This document shows, one piece after another, positions 35,036 to 47,500 of a stretch of 64,000 nucleotides of DNA; position 1 is the stretch's first letter; the number at the start of each line of letters is the position of its first letter. Made by a program: the position numbers and the translations under genes. This DNA is from Selaginella moellendorffii (taxonomy: Eukaryota; Plantae; Lycopodiophyta). The stretch spans positions 124,001 to 188,000 of the forward strand of contig NW_003314362.1 of the NCBI RefSeq assembly GCF_000143415.4, written 5' to 3'. Below the pieces are notes generated by a model, which saw only the letters and a list, made by a program, of their open reading frames with translations, ran no database searches and had not been told where the DNA came from.

Positions 35036-38000
35036 CTACTTAAGAATTTCAGCATAGACTGTATTCACAGTGTAAAAGTGTTGATCATGTGGTATAAGAT
35101 TGCCTTGAAGAGGGGTTGCAAGCACTTGAACACGAAGTTGTTCAGGTGATCTACACCTTGACAGAGCAACATAAAGTTGACCATGTGTGAAAACAGGTTG
35201 GGGGAGGTAAATGCCAACACGGTCGAAAGTTTGGCCTTGGGCTTTAGAAATAGTTAAGCAATAACCCAGACGAACTGGGAATTGCCTTCGAGACATCTTG
35301 AAAGGGATTTCAACATCAGAAGGTGTAAGGGTAATACGTGGAATAAAAACTCGCGATCCCTTGAATTGTCCCGTGATAATTTCACAATCTAAAACGTTTT
35401 GAGATGCTTGCTTGAGAATGAGGCAAGTGCCATTGCATAAACCAATTTGCGGAGATATGTTCCTAAGAAGAATCAAAATCACATTTTGTTTTAGAATTAA
35501 TTTGTGTGGTGGTAGTCCCGATGGGGTGATTGAATTTAAGAATTCAATTGGGAACTCTTCAGGGTGATCTGAGTCAACCGTGTCAATGCTCAAATAAACA
35601 TATGGATCACCTGGTAGTCTTTCAACAATGTCATTATTTATTCTGAATGTGTCGTCATTGAGTGGGGTGAGAATGACCTTTGATGCAGTTGTATAAGCAT
35701 TTATAATATCATCGGTATTTGGGAAAACAAAGTTTACAACAGATGTAGTGATAGATAATGCATGTGGTATTTTGATAATATCTGGTGGGAGACATGGCAA
35801 TTGTAAACTACTATCACCATTGCCAAGTTTGAGAAGCCATTCAGAAAACCAAAGATTGCTTGAACGCATGTTCTTTGTTAGTGTTAGTGTTGTAAAGAGT
35901 GACCATAGTCTATTCATTTTAACTGAGCTTGAAATAATAGAAGTTCTATGGCCATGGGGAACAACAGGAAGGGTTTGACGAAAGTCACCACTTGTAATCA
36001 CTATAACGCCTCCAAATGGTTTAGAATTACATTTGAGATGTTTTAAACATTTATCAACCACAGAGAAAGCATGTGTATGAACCATACTAATTTCATCCCA
36101 TATGAGAACATTTGCTTGTTTAATGGTTTTTCCAGCATCACTATTAATTGTTAAAGCAGAGACAGAAGTTTCATTTAAAGGAACAGGAAGTTTAAAAGTC
36201 ATATGTGCCGTTTGACCATATTTTAGCAAAATGCTTGCAATCCCAGTCCATGCCATACTGATTACTTTTATTTTTTTTAATTGTAATGCTGTAATGATGG
36301 TATTAAGTAGAAAAGTTTTTTCAGTACCACCAGGTCCATCAATAAAGAAACATTGATGCTGGTTAGTATCAATGGCATTTATAATGAGTTCAAAAATATA
36401 ACGTTATTCATAACTGAATTGATTTATGTTTGCATTTATTTGGTCTTGTGATGGGTTAGGGATCTCTGTATTAAGCATGTGTTTGATAATGGGGGTAAGA
36501 GTTGGGAGTGGTAAACCAAAATCACAATTAGATTTATTGTGTAGTTGGAATTTTGAATTAATATCGACTAAAGCAATGTCAAAATAGTTTATGTCATTTC
36601 TAGCATAATCCTCAGACATATCAATTTTGAATTGATCCCATAATAGATTTGGATCTTTTGGTGAACAATACAAACAAAGAAAAACAAATAACTGTCTTAA
36701 TTGGGATGGCATTTTAAAAGTAGAAGCTTCTTGCATGCAGTGTTGCCATTCTGAATCATCTGCTAAAAGTCCCATTGCCATAGCTGCTTGTTTAAAAGAG
36801 GAGAAAGTAACACCTTCGACAGTACGTATATCCTCAAATGATATAGCACCTTTTTTATAGAGTAATATAAGCCGTAAGTGGTATAACTCACTATTAGAAG
36901 GAGATATGGAATACATTCTTGGTATGAGTTTAGCTTTTCGCTGGCGTAATTGCCATCTATGAGAGGATTTGTTATATGTGTAAAATAATGGAATTTGAGC
37001 ATATGTATATTGCCTTGCATTAGTATCTTGCATGTTTAAATTGAACCATTGTGTAAGCATTGTTCCATTTTGAGTGGCTCTTTCTAGTGCTTCTTGTTCA
37101 TGACCTGGTCTGAAATAAACGTTTTGAAAATTGGGTAAATGAACTGGAAGGCGTATAATAGTTAGTGATTTATCATGCATATGAAACTTAAATATACTCC
37201 ACATGGCTTCAGGAGCAGAAATATATCGAGCATTGACAAAACTTGAGATTTCGTCCCAATTTAAAGTCCCTCGTTCTTCAGATGCAGTTAGGAATTCTAA
37301 TGTTGCACAGTCATAACCTTTGTATACATATTGAAATAAATATTTAATACTTTTAATAGAAGCGCAGATCTCTACATTGATGTGTGCTTGATATTTCTTA
37401 CAAAGGTACTTATTATAAGGAACAACCCATCTGTTGTCAATAGTACAACCATTTTTTATGAAAGTGCGCCCGTTATTGGGACGGTAATAATCAGGATAAC
37501 CATCAACACAATAAATGGTTTCAACATTAAATTCTTTTGGATAATTCTTAGAGCATTTGTTATTTTCCATGCAAGGGCTTCTAGGATTTAAATTACCACA
37601 TGGACCATGTATCATATGATTTATAATTATGTTATGCAATTCTGGTTCTAACAGTGGGTGTGGCAACTGTGCAGTGACAAATTCATCAACTGAGTCTCGA
37701 TTTCTTATCTTATCTTCGCTTGATAACATTGCTAAGAAATGAAAATGAGGCAAACCTCTTTTCTGGAATTCAATAACATAAACATATGCGATGCACTTCC
37801 CAAAAATTCCTTTGATACTTATGTCATGTAGGAATTCTTTAAGCTTTAAGTTGAAAACTCTTGAAATAAGATCAGGTCGATCCTCAGGTGATTCATTCAG
37901 CTGTAAGTTTTGCACAATTTCAAGCCACTTTGGGTTGCATGTAAATGTAATAAATAAGTCAGGTTTTCCAAAATGTGTGACAATAGCAATAGCATCTTGA

Positions 38001-39418
38001 TAATGTTGTTGCATTGCTCGTGGGCTACCAGGAAATGTAGAAGGCAAAATTACAATTTTTCCAGGTTCAGCATTATTAGTAGCAGCTCTGTTGCTAACAT
38101 AGTCCATAAGACCTGTGTAGTAATCCACTTTTAAGTGTTTTTGATGAGTGCGAAAGAAATTAAGGTTATTAGATTCAACCTTTACATAAGCATCAACTAT
38201 AAATTGTTGAGTGAGTTTCCCAGCATGTAGCAATTGATCATAAAGGAAAGAGTTGCCAATGTTATCTCGTTGAGATAATCGATATGCATAGTACTGGAGT
38301 AGCGTTACATGCGACTCATTGTGATAGATTTTTTCATGCCAACCTTTATCACCAAATGGTAAAAGTAAAGGATAAACCATAGGATCACAATTTTCATTAC
38401 GAATAGAGATTTTTATTGGCTGTGAGTTATATGGATGTATGCATATTTCTCTGTCAAGAGATGGCTCACCCTCATCAATAGCGAAAACAATAGCAACATC
38501 ATTAGTCTGTGGCAAATTATAACGATGTAGATTAGTACTTTCACTTCTAACAATCATGTAAACACCACGTTTTGGGGTTCCATTGCAAATTGAGCGATGT
38601 TGTTCTTGTGATTCAAGGTTATACATCATTTGAAAAGCTTGTGCATACGGGTTTATTATTCTTAGCAAGTTATCTAACTGTAATAATAAATTAGAATCAC
38701 AATTTGTGTTGAATGGGTTTTGCTTTCTAATATTTGTAGCCTCAGAAGCGTCAAGCATGTAAAGTTGTCCATATGATGGTGGCACGTTAGCTGCAGGATA
38801 TGCTGAAGCAATTTTGTGATAAATTTGACCATGTATTCTAAAGCAATATGGGCCTTTACCACTTAAATTATCAATATTAGCACCCATTGATGCAAAAGCC
38901 AAAGCACTGTTGAAATTTCTTATGTTAATTTTAAAATTGGAGCTTCTATTTTCATTAAAAAGCATACGCAATATAGTAGGTAAAGGTGAAAGCTGGGGAA
39001 GGGAAACCTTTCCATTCTGGCAGCACATTGATCTTGACTCATTTTCAAAATGTAATGCACCACAAAAGACACATACGGATGACATATTTCCAATATTAAA
39101 CAGTTGTATCGTATGGTCATTATAATTCTTTTGATGTGCTAATTTATAGATAGTATAACTGTGATGATTACATGTATTTATATTAGTTTCATTAGCATTT
39201 TCAAGGTTTATATTTGTATGAGCTTCATCAACATATGCTATGTTTGTATTAGCATTGTCAAGATTTGAAGTAATTTTTGCATTAGCATGTTCAAGGTCTA
39301 GATTAGTTTCTTCATTACCATATGCAAGGTTGTTGTGAATATGATTATATGTGCTACTGTCAATAGTTGGAGGCAAATGGTGACGTATACCTCTTAATAC
39401 TTCGCGAAGCCGAGGCAT
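35036..39418 (-). pseudogene. Helitron RepHel (HUH Rep plus PIF1 helicase), intronless, ~1460 codons, one premature stop
   Basis: Rep motifs DLFITFTCNPKW, VIEFQKRGLPHFHFL and KYLFQYVYKG. Helicase motifs IDGPGGTEKT, IWDEISM, GDFRQTLPV, RRQFPVRLGYCLTISKAQGQT and HGQLYVALSR. The two ORFs share one frame, separated by TAA at 36404-36406. Confidence 0.95.
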
Positions 39419-40023
39419 ATTTGCTAGGGATGATAAATGAGATGAAATAACCTATCTAGTGTCAAAGCACTTATCTTAAAATTTTCAGAGATTCTAAGTA
39501 AAAGCCAGAACTCGCCTTCTTCTTACACTGGAAAAAAAATTTAAAAAAAATAAAAACGAAGACTATACAATGAGAGCACAATCTGTACACACCTTAATCT
39601 GTAAACAAAAGAGACTAATCTAGCAACCAATAAAACTTAGACACAGGACTGGCACACCTTTTCCAGGGCGTGGTGAGCAACTGTGAGAGGTGGGTGGGGT
39701 TTGCAAGTTAGAGAACTCACCTTGGGCTTGTTCTCTCTCGCAAAAGGACAGTGACTGCAAACTCTCTGATGGTTCTGGCTGTGAAGGCTGGCTCTGGCTT
39801 CAGCTCTGCCACTGGATAGCATCCACAAACCCAAATGAAGACATTTCAAATTTTCACAGCACACAAAAATCCAGATTGTTGGGGTTGGGGGCCAAATTAG
39901 CAGCTGCCGGGCTGACTGTGAACACAGACCTTTGCAGGAAGAAGCACAATTGCTGCGATTGCCACTGATCCGGCAAGCAAGCAAGCGTGAGCTCAATTGC
40001 GGCAGGGCATCCAGGGCGAGCTA

Positions 40024-40831
40024 AGAAGAACGGGCACGGGGGCAGGACACCACTGGCACACGTGTCGCTGTGCCTTCTTCTCCCGCCCCACGCGGCTTGG
40101 CCGCCTCCCATTGGCCGGGAGCAAACATCAGCAAGTCTGTGAACAGCATCAGGTTATTCCGAGAGCCACCACCCGACGCCGCTGCCTTTTTCGCCGCGTC
40201 CCTGAATTCCCTCGCTCTCGCCTTTCGAGCTTTGTCGCTAAAGATCCTCGCAATGGCCTCAGCAATCTCCTCCCGCTTCACAAACGCGTCGGAGCTCCTC
40301 CCGTCCGAAACTTCCACCCCGATGTGGCACCTCTCCACCATGATCTTGCGGTTGAGCCCCTGCTCGTATATCCGAGGCCAGCAGATGATCGGCACGGCGC
40401 TGGAGACGCTCTCCAGGACCGAGTTCCATCCGCAGTGGCTCACGAATCCAGCCACTGCCCTGTGCGCCAGAACTTCTCTCTGCGGCGCCCATGAAACCAC
40501 CAGGCCTCGTCCCTTGGTCCGCTCGACGAAGTTCTTGTAGAAGTCACTGTTCTTCACCAGGACTGTCGTGTCGCCCTCGTCCACGAACTGGGGCGGCCTG
40601 ACTGTGAGCAAGAACGGCACCTTGCTCGCCTCCAAACTGAGCGCGAGCTCCTCGAATTCCTCCTGCGAAAGCTTCGCTGAGGACTGAGTCTGGCTCCTGC
40701 GTGTCGAGCCAGTCGAGGCATTCAGAAGAACGGGCACGGGGGCAGGACACCACTGGCACACGTGTCGCTGTGCCTTCTTCTCCCGCCCCACGCGGCTTGG
40801 CCGCCTCCCATTGGCCGGGAGCAAACATCAG
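40024..40831. repeat. 108 bp direct repeat (40024-40131 and 40724-40831) flanking the UGT fragment
   Basis: agaagaacgggcacggggg...gggagcaaacatcag is identical in both copies, 700 bp apart. Confidence 0.95.
40132..40723 (-). pseudogene. Captured C-terminal fragment of a family-1 UDP-glycosyltransferase
   Basis: ECLDWLDTQEPDSVL/.../AKLSQEEFEELALSLEASKVPFLL and a complete PSPG box WAPQREVLAHRAVAGFVSHCGWNSVLESVSSAVPIICWPRIYEQ, ending ...GGGSRNNL. The YVSFGS motif is deleted with a frameshift. GC-rich, unlike RepHel. Confidence 0.93.
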
Positions 40832-41577
40832 AAAAATTTCTCGCGCAACCATGGCTACCGACCCTGGCCCGGGCCTGGGATCCAACGGCCGGCGAGCCTC
40901 CCCACTATCGCTTTATATGTATAGATTCACTACAAAATGCATAAGTTGGGTCTTTAATTTTTATGTGGCTGATTCCACAAGTAGTGAGATTTGTATATTC
41001 AACTACAGTGAAACTATACATGCATAATCAGAAAAAGTTATCCAAGCTATTTTTATATTTTCTAAAACATGTGGTCTCCGTTCTGCTAGTGAGCTCTACA
41101 CGCCTTTTCCTGCAGCTTAGGAGATATTTGCAGATAAAAAGATGGAGGTTATGCCTACAGAAGATGATGAATGTATTCCACATATTGTTCTTCACAGGAA
41201 ATGTATTGTTGAAATACTTGACATCATTATAAATAGTTACATAAATCTTGTTAGTGTTGTGATATAGGTAGAATTGACAACTGTAACCCCTCGTGGTGTG
41301 GAAAGTTCTAACAAAAGAAGGAAGATCAATAAATGTTACAAATGTTTCAACCTTGGCTATTGATGCCAACTTAGATTTAGTGTAGGAGATGCGTTCTTGG
41401 TATTAGAATGCAAATATTACACGAATATTTAATTCCTCATGGAGCATGCATATTGAGGGAACTTTAACTATTTTAGAACTTGTTTCCCTTTTAACTTAAA
41501 GTCTCAAAGCATTCAACCGTATATATAGTTTATGCAAATATCAAAGAGATTAAAATTGAAGATTTCTGCTATACTTC

Positions 41578-44500
41578 TGTAAGCGACTAAATTTTCCATT
41601 CTACTTTAGTCACTTAACCACACCTCTGACCACTTGGAGGAGTCTCATTCACAACCTCCATAAGTCCAATCCAGGACTTGGGACTTGCTAGCCCCGAGAA
41701 TGGCATCCATGCCACTTAACATTTGCACTTGGTCCAAGTGCTCCACGTGTCCGATCCCATGACCGACACTCAGAGGTACCACCGACATAGCAGCCCGTTA
41801 CGCTAAGGCCATGCCCAATCACCTTTGCCACACTGGTAGTCCAATACCACTTGCATCACCGTCTTGGCTCTCCAAGACTAGGCAAACCATCCGTGAGTGG
41901 TCATCTCAGATCCACTCCTTAGCATCCTTAGGATGCCCACCGACAAGGGGAATAGCCTTCCTCAATATCCCTCTGTCAGTTCCCACTATGTCCCTTTCTG
42001 CCCCTGGCCGTGTTTGCCAACACTGCCACTGGATCGAGACCCACAGGCCCGACCACTAAGTCCCACGGTCCTCTGGGACTTCCTCACCACACGACTGTGT
42101 CCTTGGTCACTACCCTAGAGGACTGCTCCTCTTCCTTTCCACAGTCTGGGCCTTTGGGACAACATTTCGGAACACCGTGGCCTTACGCGAGCCACCTGGG
42201 TACTCTCCTCGCCTTCTGCCCTTGGGTGCTCTAGCCATGGGCTTAGAGCGAGGTTCCGTTGAGCCACGCCTGGTATCCAAGTAGGTAGTGCCACCCACAC
42301 TTGGACTGGGAGCATCGGCTAGTCGATCTCCCGGGGGAACTAGAGCCGGCTCTTGAACACTTCACCAAGCTACCCTGCTTGTCGGTCCGTGTTCACTCTA
42401 GTCTTGGACTTCCCAGTGGGCAGCTCATCACCCAACACTGGGTCCGGCCTTCCTGGGCCAAACTGGCCTTTCCTGGCCAAACTAGCTCCATTGCAGTCCT
42501 CCCCCTACTATACTTTTGGAGCTCACCAAACCCCCCAGGGTCTGGGAGACGAACGCTTTGGGCTTTCACCCTCTCAGGCTCCGGACTCGGACTCGGACTC
42601 GGACTCGGACTCGGACTCGGACTCGGCCTCGGGCTCGGCCTCGGTCTCGGTCTCGGTCCCGATCTCGGTCTCGGTCTCGATCTCGGTCTCGGTCCCGGTC
42701 TCGGTCCCGGTCTCGGTCTCGACTTCGGACTCCATCTCGGACTCCATCTCGGACTCCATCTCGGACTCCATCTCGGACTCCATCTCGGGTCCATCTCAGG
42801 TCCATCTCGGACTCCATCTCGGGTCCATCTCGGACTCCATCTCGGACTCCATTTCGGGTCCATCTCGGGTCCACCTCGGACTCCATCTCGGACTCCACTT
42901 CGGACTCCAACTCGGGTCCATCTCGGACTCCACTTCGGACTCCACTTCGGCGTCCTTCTCGGATTCCATCTCGGGTCCATCTCGGACTCCACTTCGGACT
43001 CCAACTCGGGTCCATCTCGGACTCCACTTCGGACTCCAACTCGGGTCCATCTCGGACTCCCACGTGTCATGTGTTGGCCCTTTTGGGTCCCTTTTTGGAG
43101 CCTCGCCTTTTGCTCGCTTCGTGCTCGTTCCTCGAGCACTTCGTTGGGAGTTCCACTCCCGCTCTTGACTTTTCAAGTCGGAGCTTTTGGTCCAAACGTG
43201 TTACGCTCGTTTGGCTCTCGCTTCGGCCACTACCATATGGCGCCCTTCCAGCTCCACTTTGGGGCCTAGGGATTTTGTGTCTCACAATTCCACCACCCAT
43301 AGACGAAGTTCGATGTCCTCATCGAACGGTAAACCATTTTGTAAAGTAACACTCGCGTGTGTTACCATTTCCATCCTTGGCACCTAGCCAATATTTGTCA
43401 ATGGTTTGACATTGAAGGCTCACCATGCCTTCTCCATATTCGTCAATGGTTTGACATTGAAGGCTCACCATGCCTTTTACATATGCCTCCATGGTTTGAC
43501 ACCAAAGGCTCACCATGCCTTGCCTATCCTCTAAGGAGGGTAGTCTCTCCAACTTAGAGACTGATTGGACCACATGTAGTGGTTCTCTCCTTTTATTGGT
43601 TTAGTCCTCGCTAAACCTCTTAGAGACCCTTCTCTAAGTCACTCCCACTACTCCTTCTCGAGTAGTCTCGATTTCCATCGATATAACCTTTGCACTTTGG
43701 AACTTTGAATTTTGACTTCTTGGAGTCAATTTCCTAGGTGTCTCCGACACCTTGCCTTGCACCTTTTTGTGCAACTCCACTTCCCATCCTAGGAAGTTCT
43801 CTACTCGAGGGCACCATCATCCTCTCTTCTATTTCGTGCCAAAGTTCTAGTTATCATACTTTGTGCTAGGGCTGTTCATGGCCCTATCATTTGGCTACCT
43901 TACCGCTCCCTCCCTTGGAGCTTCCACTTTCGCCAAATCGGAGCATTTCGGAATCCCTCCTTGGAAACACACTTCCTTTCCCGCAACTTGTTAGCGTCCA
44001 ACACATTAGTGTTCCTCGCCTAACTTTGTCACTTGGATTCCTTCCAAGGTATTCCACGGCCCTATCTTGGCCACTCATCTTTTGCTCCTATCCGTTGATT
44101 GTTGCACCAAGCAACATTGAATCTCTACCTCCTTTTTTGAGGTATTGTTTCGGTTCCATAGCAAAGACTCTTCTTTGCCAAGTCCGGAGGATGTTCACCC
44201 CTAGTATGTCTCTTTAGCATCTTCTACTATGGGCTCTATCCACGGCCCAACTTCGTGACCCTCCCATGGGTCTTTTATAAAGACTACTTTCCTCGGACTC
44301 ACTATGCCATCGCACGGACATAGTTTATTTCCCTTAGGTGCTCTTCCCACTTGGTCATCACGACCAAGCCACACCACCTTAAACAGTTCAATTTCAACAT
44401 TTTGAACCAGGAACTTCATTCCTTAGCCAACCAAGGACCTTGTCCTTATCTGGCCATAAGATCACCTAGTGATTTCACCTTGGCACCTTAACAGAGTTGC

Positions 44501-47500
44501 CAAGAGGTACTTGGTCTTCTAGACCTCCAAGTTGTTGACTATAACCCCGGGGGCATCCTCCACACTTGGCGGTGCACCCAAGCTAGCCCTTACGGCCAAG
44601 GGTTCATAGCAACTGAGATTAGGTGTCCCCATCTCACTCACCACGACCTTGGTGCCACTTGCACCAAAGCGTTCAAGTTAGATATGCTGAGCTTTCACAC
44701 TAAGCAATCTAACCGTGCATCACGACTCCGAGGCATCCCTCGCTTGGCGGTGTGCCCAAACCAGTCTCCCCACTGAGAGTCCATGACCACCGAAATATGA
44801 GTGTCCTCATATTCCAAACCATCACCACGCCCTAGTGATTTGGGACTCGAACCCAAGCACTAGAGGGTCGGGACTCGAACCCAACCTCCGTATATGCATC
44901 TACGGACGGCATCACACAAGATGCCTGGCGTGACTCCCCACGCCGGTGCACCAACTTATTTTTAAAGCGCGCTAAAGATCACAGCTTAGGAACCTAGTTC
45001 CCCCACACTGCCAAGTCCTCTCACTTGACATATCTGTGATCATGCATGGACTCCTCCATGCTTGGCCCCATGGGCCCACCCTTTTTGAAGTTATCACCTT
45101 CAACTAGGGTACTTGTTCCCCTGACTTGCCAATCTCGCTTAGCAAGTCATCTGGCCACCGTAACATGGTTCATGCATAAGCGTGGAAGTCCTTAACCATC
45201 AACTTTCGTTCAAAGCCCTCTTTTTGAACACTCGGGAACTACTTCCCTAACCTTGACAGCCTTGCCTCTTGGCAAGCTTCAAGACCACGCTTCTGCTGCG
45301 CCACTCTGATTTCGCGCGTTCTATGAACCATTTACACTTGGCCTTTCTAGGTACTAAGCTACCTAGAATCGTCTTTGGGAACCTTGAAGGAACTCTGTCC
45401 CTTAGCTTGCTAAGGCCTCCCTTTTTGCAAGCTTTCCAATTGCCACATAGTCTAACATGGACAATTCCATAGTTTAGACTCTCCATGGCATCACGGTTGC
45501 TAGCGGCAACACCCTCGAGCCCCCACTTGATTCTCCACTCCCAGCTGGCATAACCAACCTTGGTTATGCCCTTCGATTTCTATAGTTCAGTTCCATCCCA
45601 ATACTACTTGCCTTTTGGCCCTATATGTTTCCTTTGGTTATTTTCCTCCAGACCAGGAGGATAGCTTTGCACTTTCTATCATGCCTTAGCAAGTATTTTT
45701 AGGGATGAACCTACCCAATAGCCCAGGGAGTGGTTCCTCAATCCGGGTATGCTCACCTTATAATCCCACACACTGGGATTACATTGTTGCTTATGGGCCT
45801 TTCCATGCCCATCACTAGCCTTGCCAAAATTCCATTTTTGGCTTTGTGCAACTCGGGTAAACAGTCCTCTCCTGTCTCCGCAACCTTGGACATTTGGATA
45901 GCACCTTCTATCCATCATTCGCTAGGGACTTAGTCCCTTGGGCTTTATCCATTGCCCTCGCGACATCAAACACCACCTTCTGGTGTTCTAGAGTGTTCGG
46001 GTGTCCCAATGATGGCTTTCTTGACAATGAGTATTTCCTTTTATGACATTGACTTACTATATCGCAACACAAGCAACTTATCCCCCGTAAGGGTGTATCT
46101 GACTTCCCTATGCTATTAAGAAGTCTTGGGTAGCTACCTTCTACTCGTTCAACCAGTTATTTTGCACCTCTTGCTTAGTTGCCTCATAGTTGTCAAGTCC
46201 TACAACTCATTGTTTGGTGCTTTCACACCTCCATCATTATCTGGGTCACCACACTCCAACTGCATGCTCTGCAGCTTAGGCTATGCCATTCCCATTTCCA
46301 TTGGGATTCCTTTGGCAAGGGGTTCTCATGAACCCACCAATATAGCCTCAAGGTATCACACCTTGGCACATTTGGTGTCTCCACACCATCAGCTCCACGA
46401 GCCTACCTCTATGACACTTCCCCTTCATGTTCATGTCTTTGCCAAGACCAACACCGCTCTTTCTCATGCCAACCATCTGTTAGCACTGCACCATAGAGGT
46501 CACACACAACTTTGCGTCAAAGTTGTTTTCTTTTTGGGAACACCTTTCCCACGACTTTAGCATGGCACATTTTGCCATCGATGAGATACTCTCTGTTCTC
46601 ATCCTTGGATCCTATGATCCCCCCCCATCCTTTGTGGGGTACAACGCACCTCAGTCCAAATGCTTCCATCAGTCCTTTTAGGACCATCTGTTGACTCTAC
46701 TTGAGTCGTCTAGCAGTTTTGGACTTGGTTAATCCACAGACCCGTAAGGTCCTACTTGTGAGGCACTAGCTCACTGGAATACACTTCTTGCATTCCTGTC
46801 CTACTCAAAAGGACTATTTTCACAAGTGTTACTCCGACACTTGATTTTGTTCTCTGGGGGCAACCTTTGCCCCTTAGGACTACTTGTCCATGTGATGAGA
46901 ATACCAACTCATCCACTTAATACACCCCTAACTCCTTGGGTTGTTCCAGCATTTATTAGAGGTAGCCCCGGCTACCATTTCGAGGACTCGTGTCCTCATC
47001 CATACTTGACCTCTCACGGTCATCCATTCCGGTCTCATCTTCATGAGCACCAGCCTCAACCATGTGAGGATAAACTTGTGACTCCTTTATTGTTTTTGGA
47101 GTCTCTATCTTCCCCGTGATCCCAACTATAGTTGTTTACCCCAACTACATTAGCCCGTTTGCTGAGTCAAACGCTCATCTGGATCACCTCCTCAACTCAA
47201 TGAGGAAAACCTTGCACTGTTCCCAAGATCCCAAAGTCGTTCCATTATTGGCCCCTTTTTTATCCACCACCTTGTCTACAAGTTCACACATTAACTGTAA
47301 TGGAGAGCCATGTCTTCCCGACCTGCTACTCCTCAAGGATAGGCCCACTTCTCGGACCTTCCGTTGCCAACACCAGTGGTGATATACTTGAGCACCAATA
47401 AAAGTCGGACTAAGGAACAGCTCCGATACCAAATTGTAAGCGACTAAATTTTCCATTCTACTTTAGTCACTTAACCACACCTCTGACCACTTGGAGGAGT

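Larger units (their letters stand above)
34549..40925 (-). mobile_element. Helitron, 6377 bp, both termini intact
   Basis: Minus-strand 5' end A|TCTATACATATAAAG at 40925; 3' end hairpin CCCAGCA-TT-TGCTGGG then AATTG-CTAG|T at 34549. Inserted between A and T with no TSD; removing it restores the RPA70 frame. Confidence 0.95.

Noticed and set aside
34542-40926. TAGAT on both sides of the Helitron as a TSD
   Set aside because: The right copy is mostly the Helitron's own 5' terminus; the A|T insertion with a CTAG end explains the junctions without a TSD.
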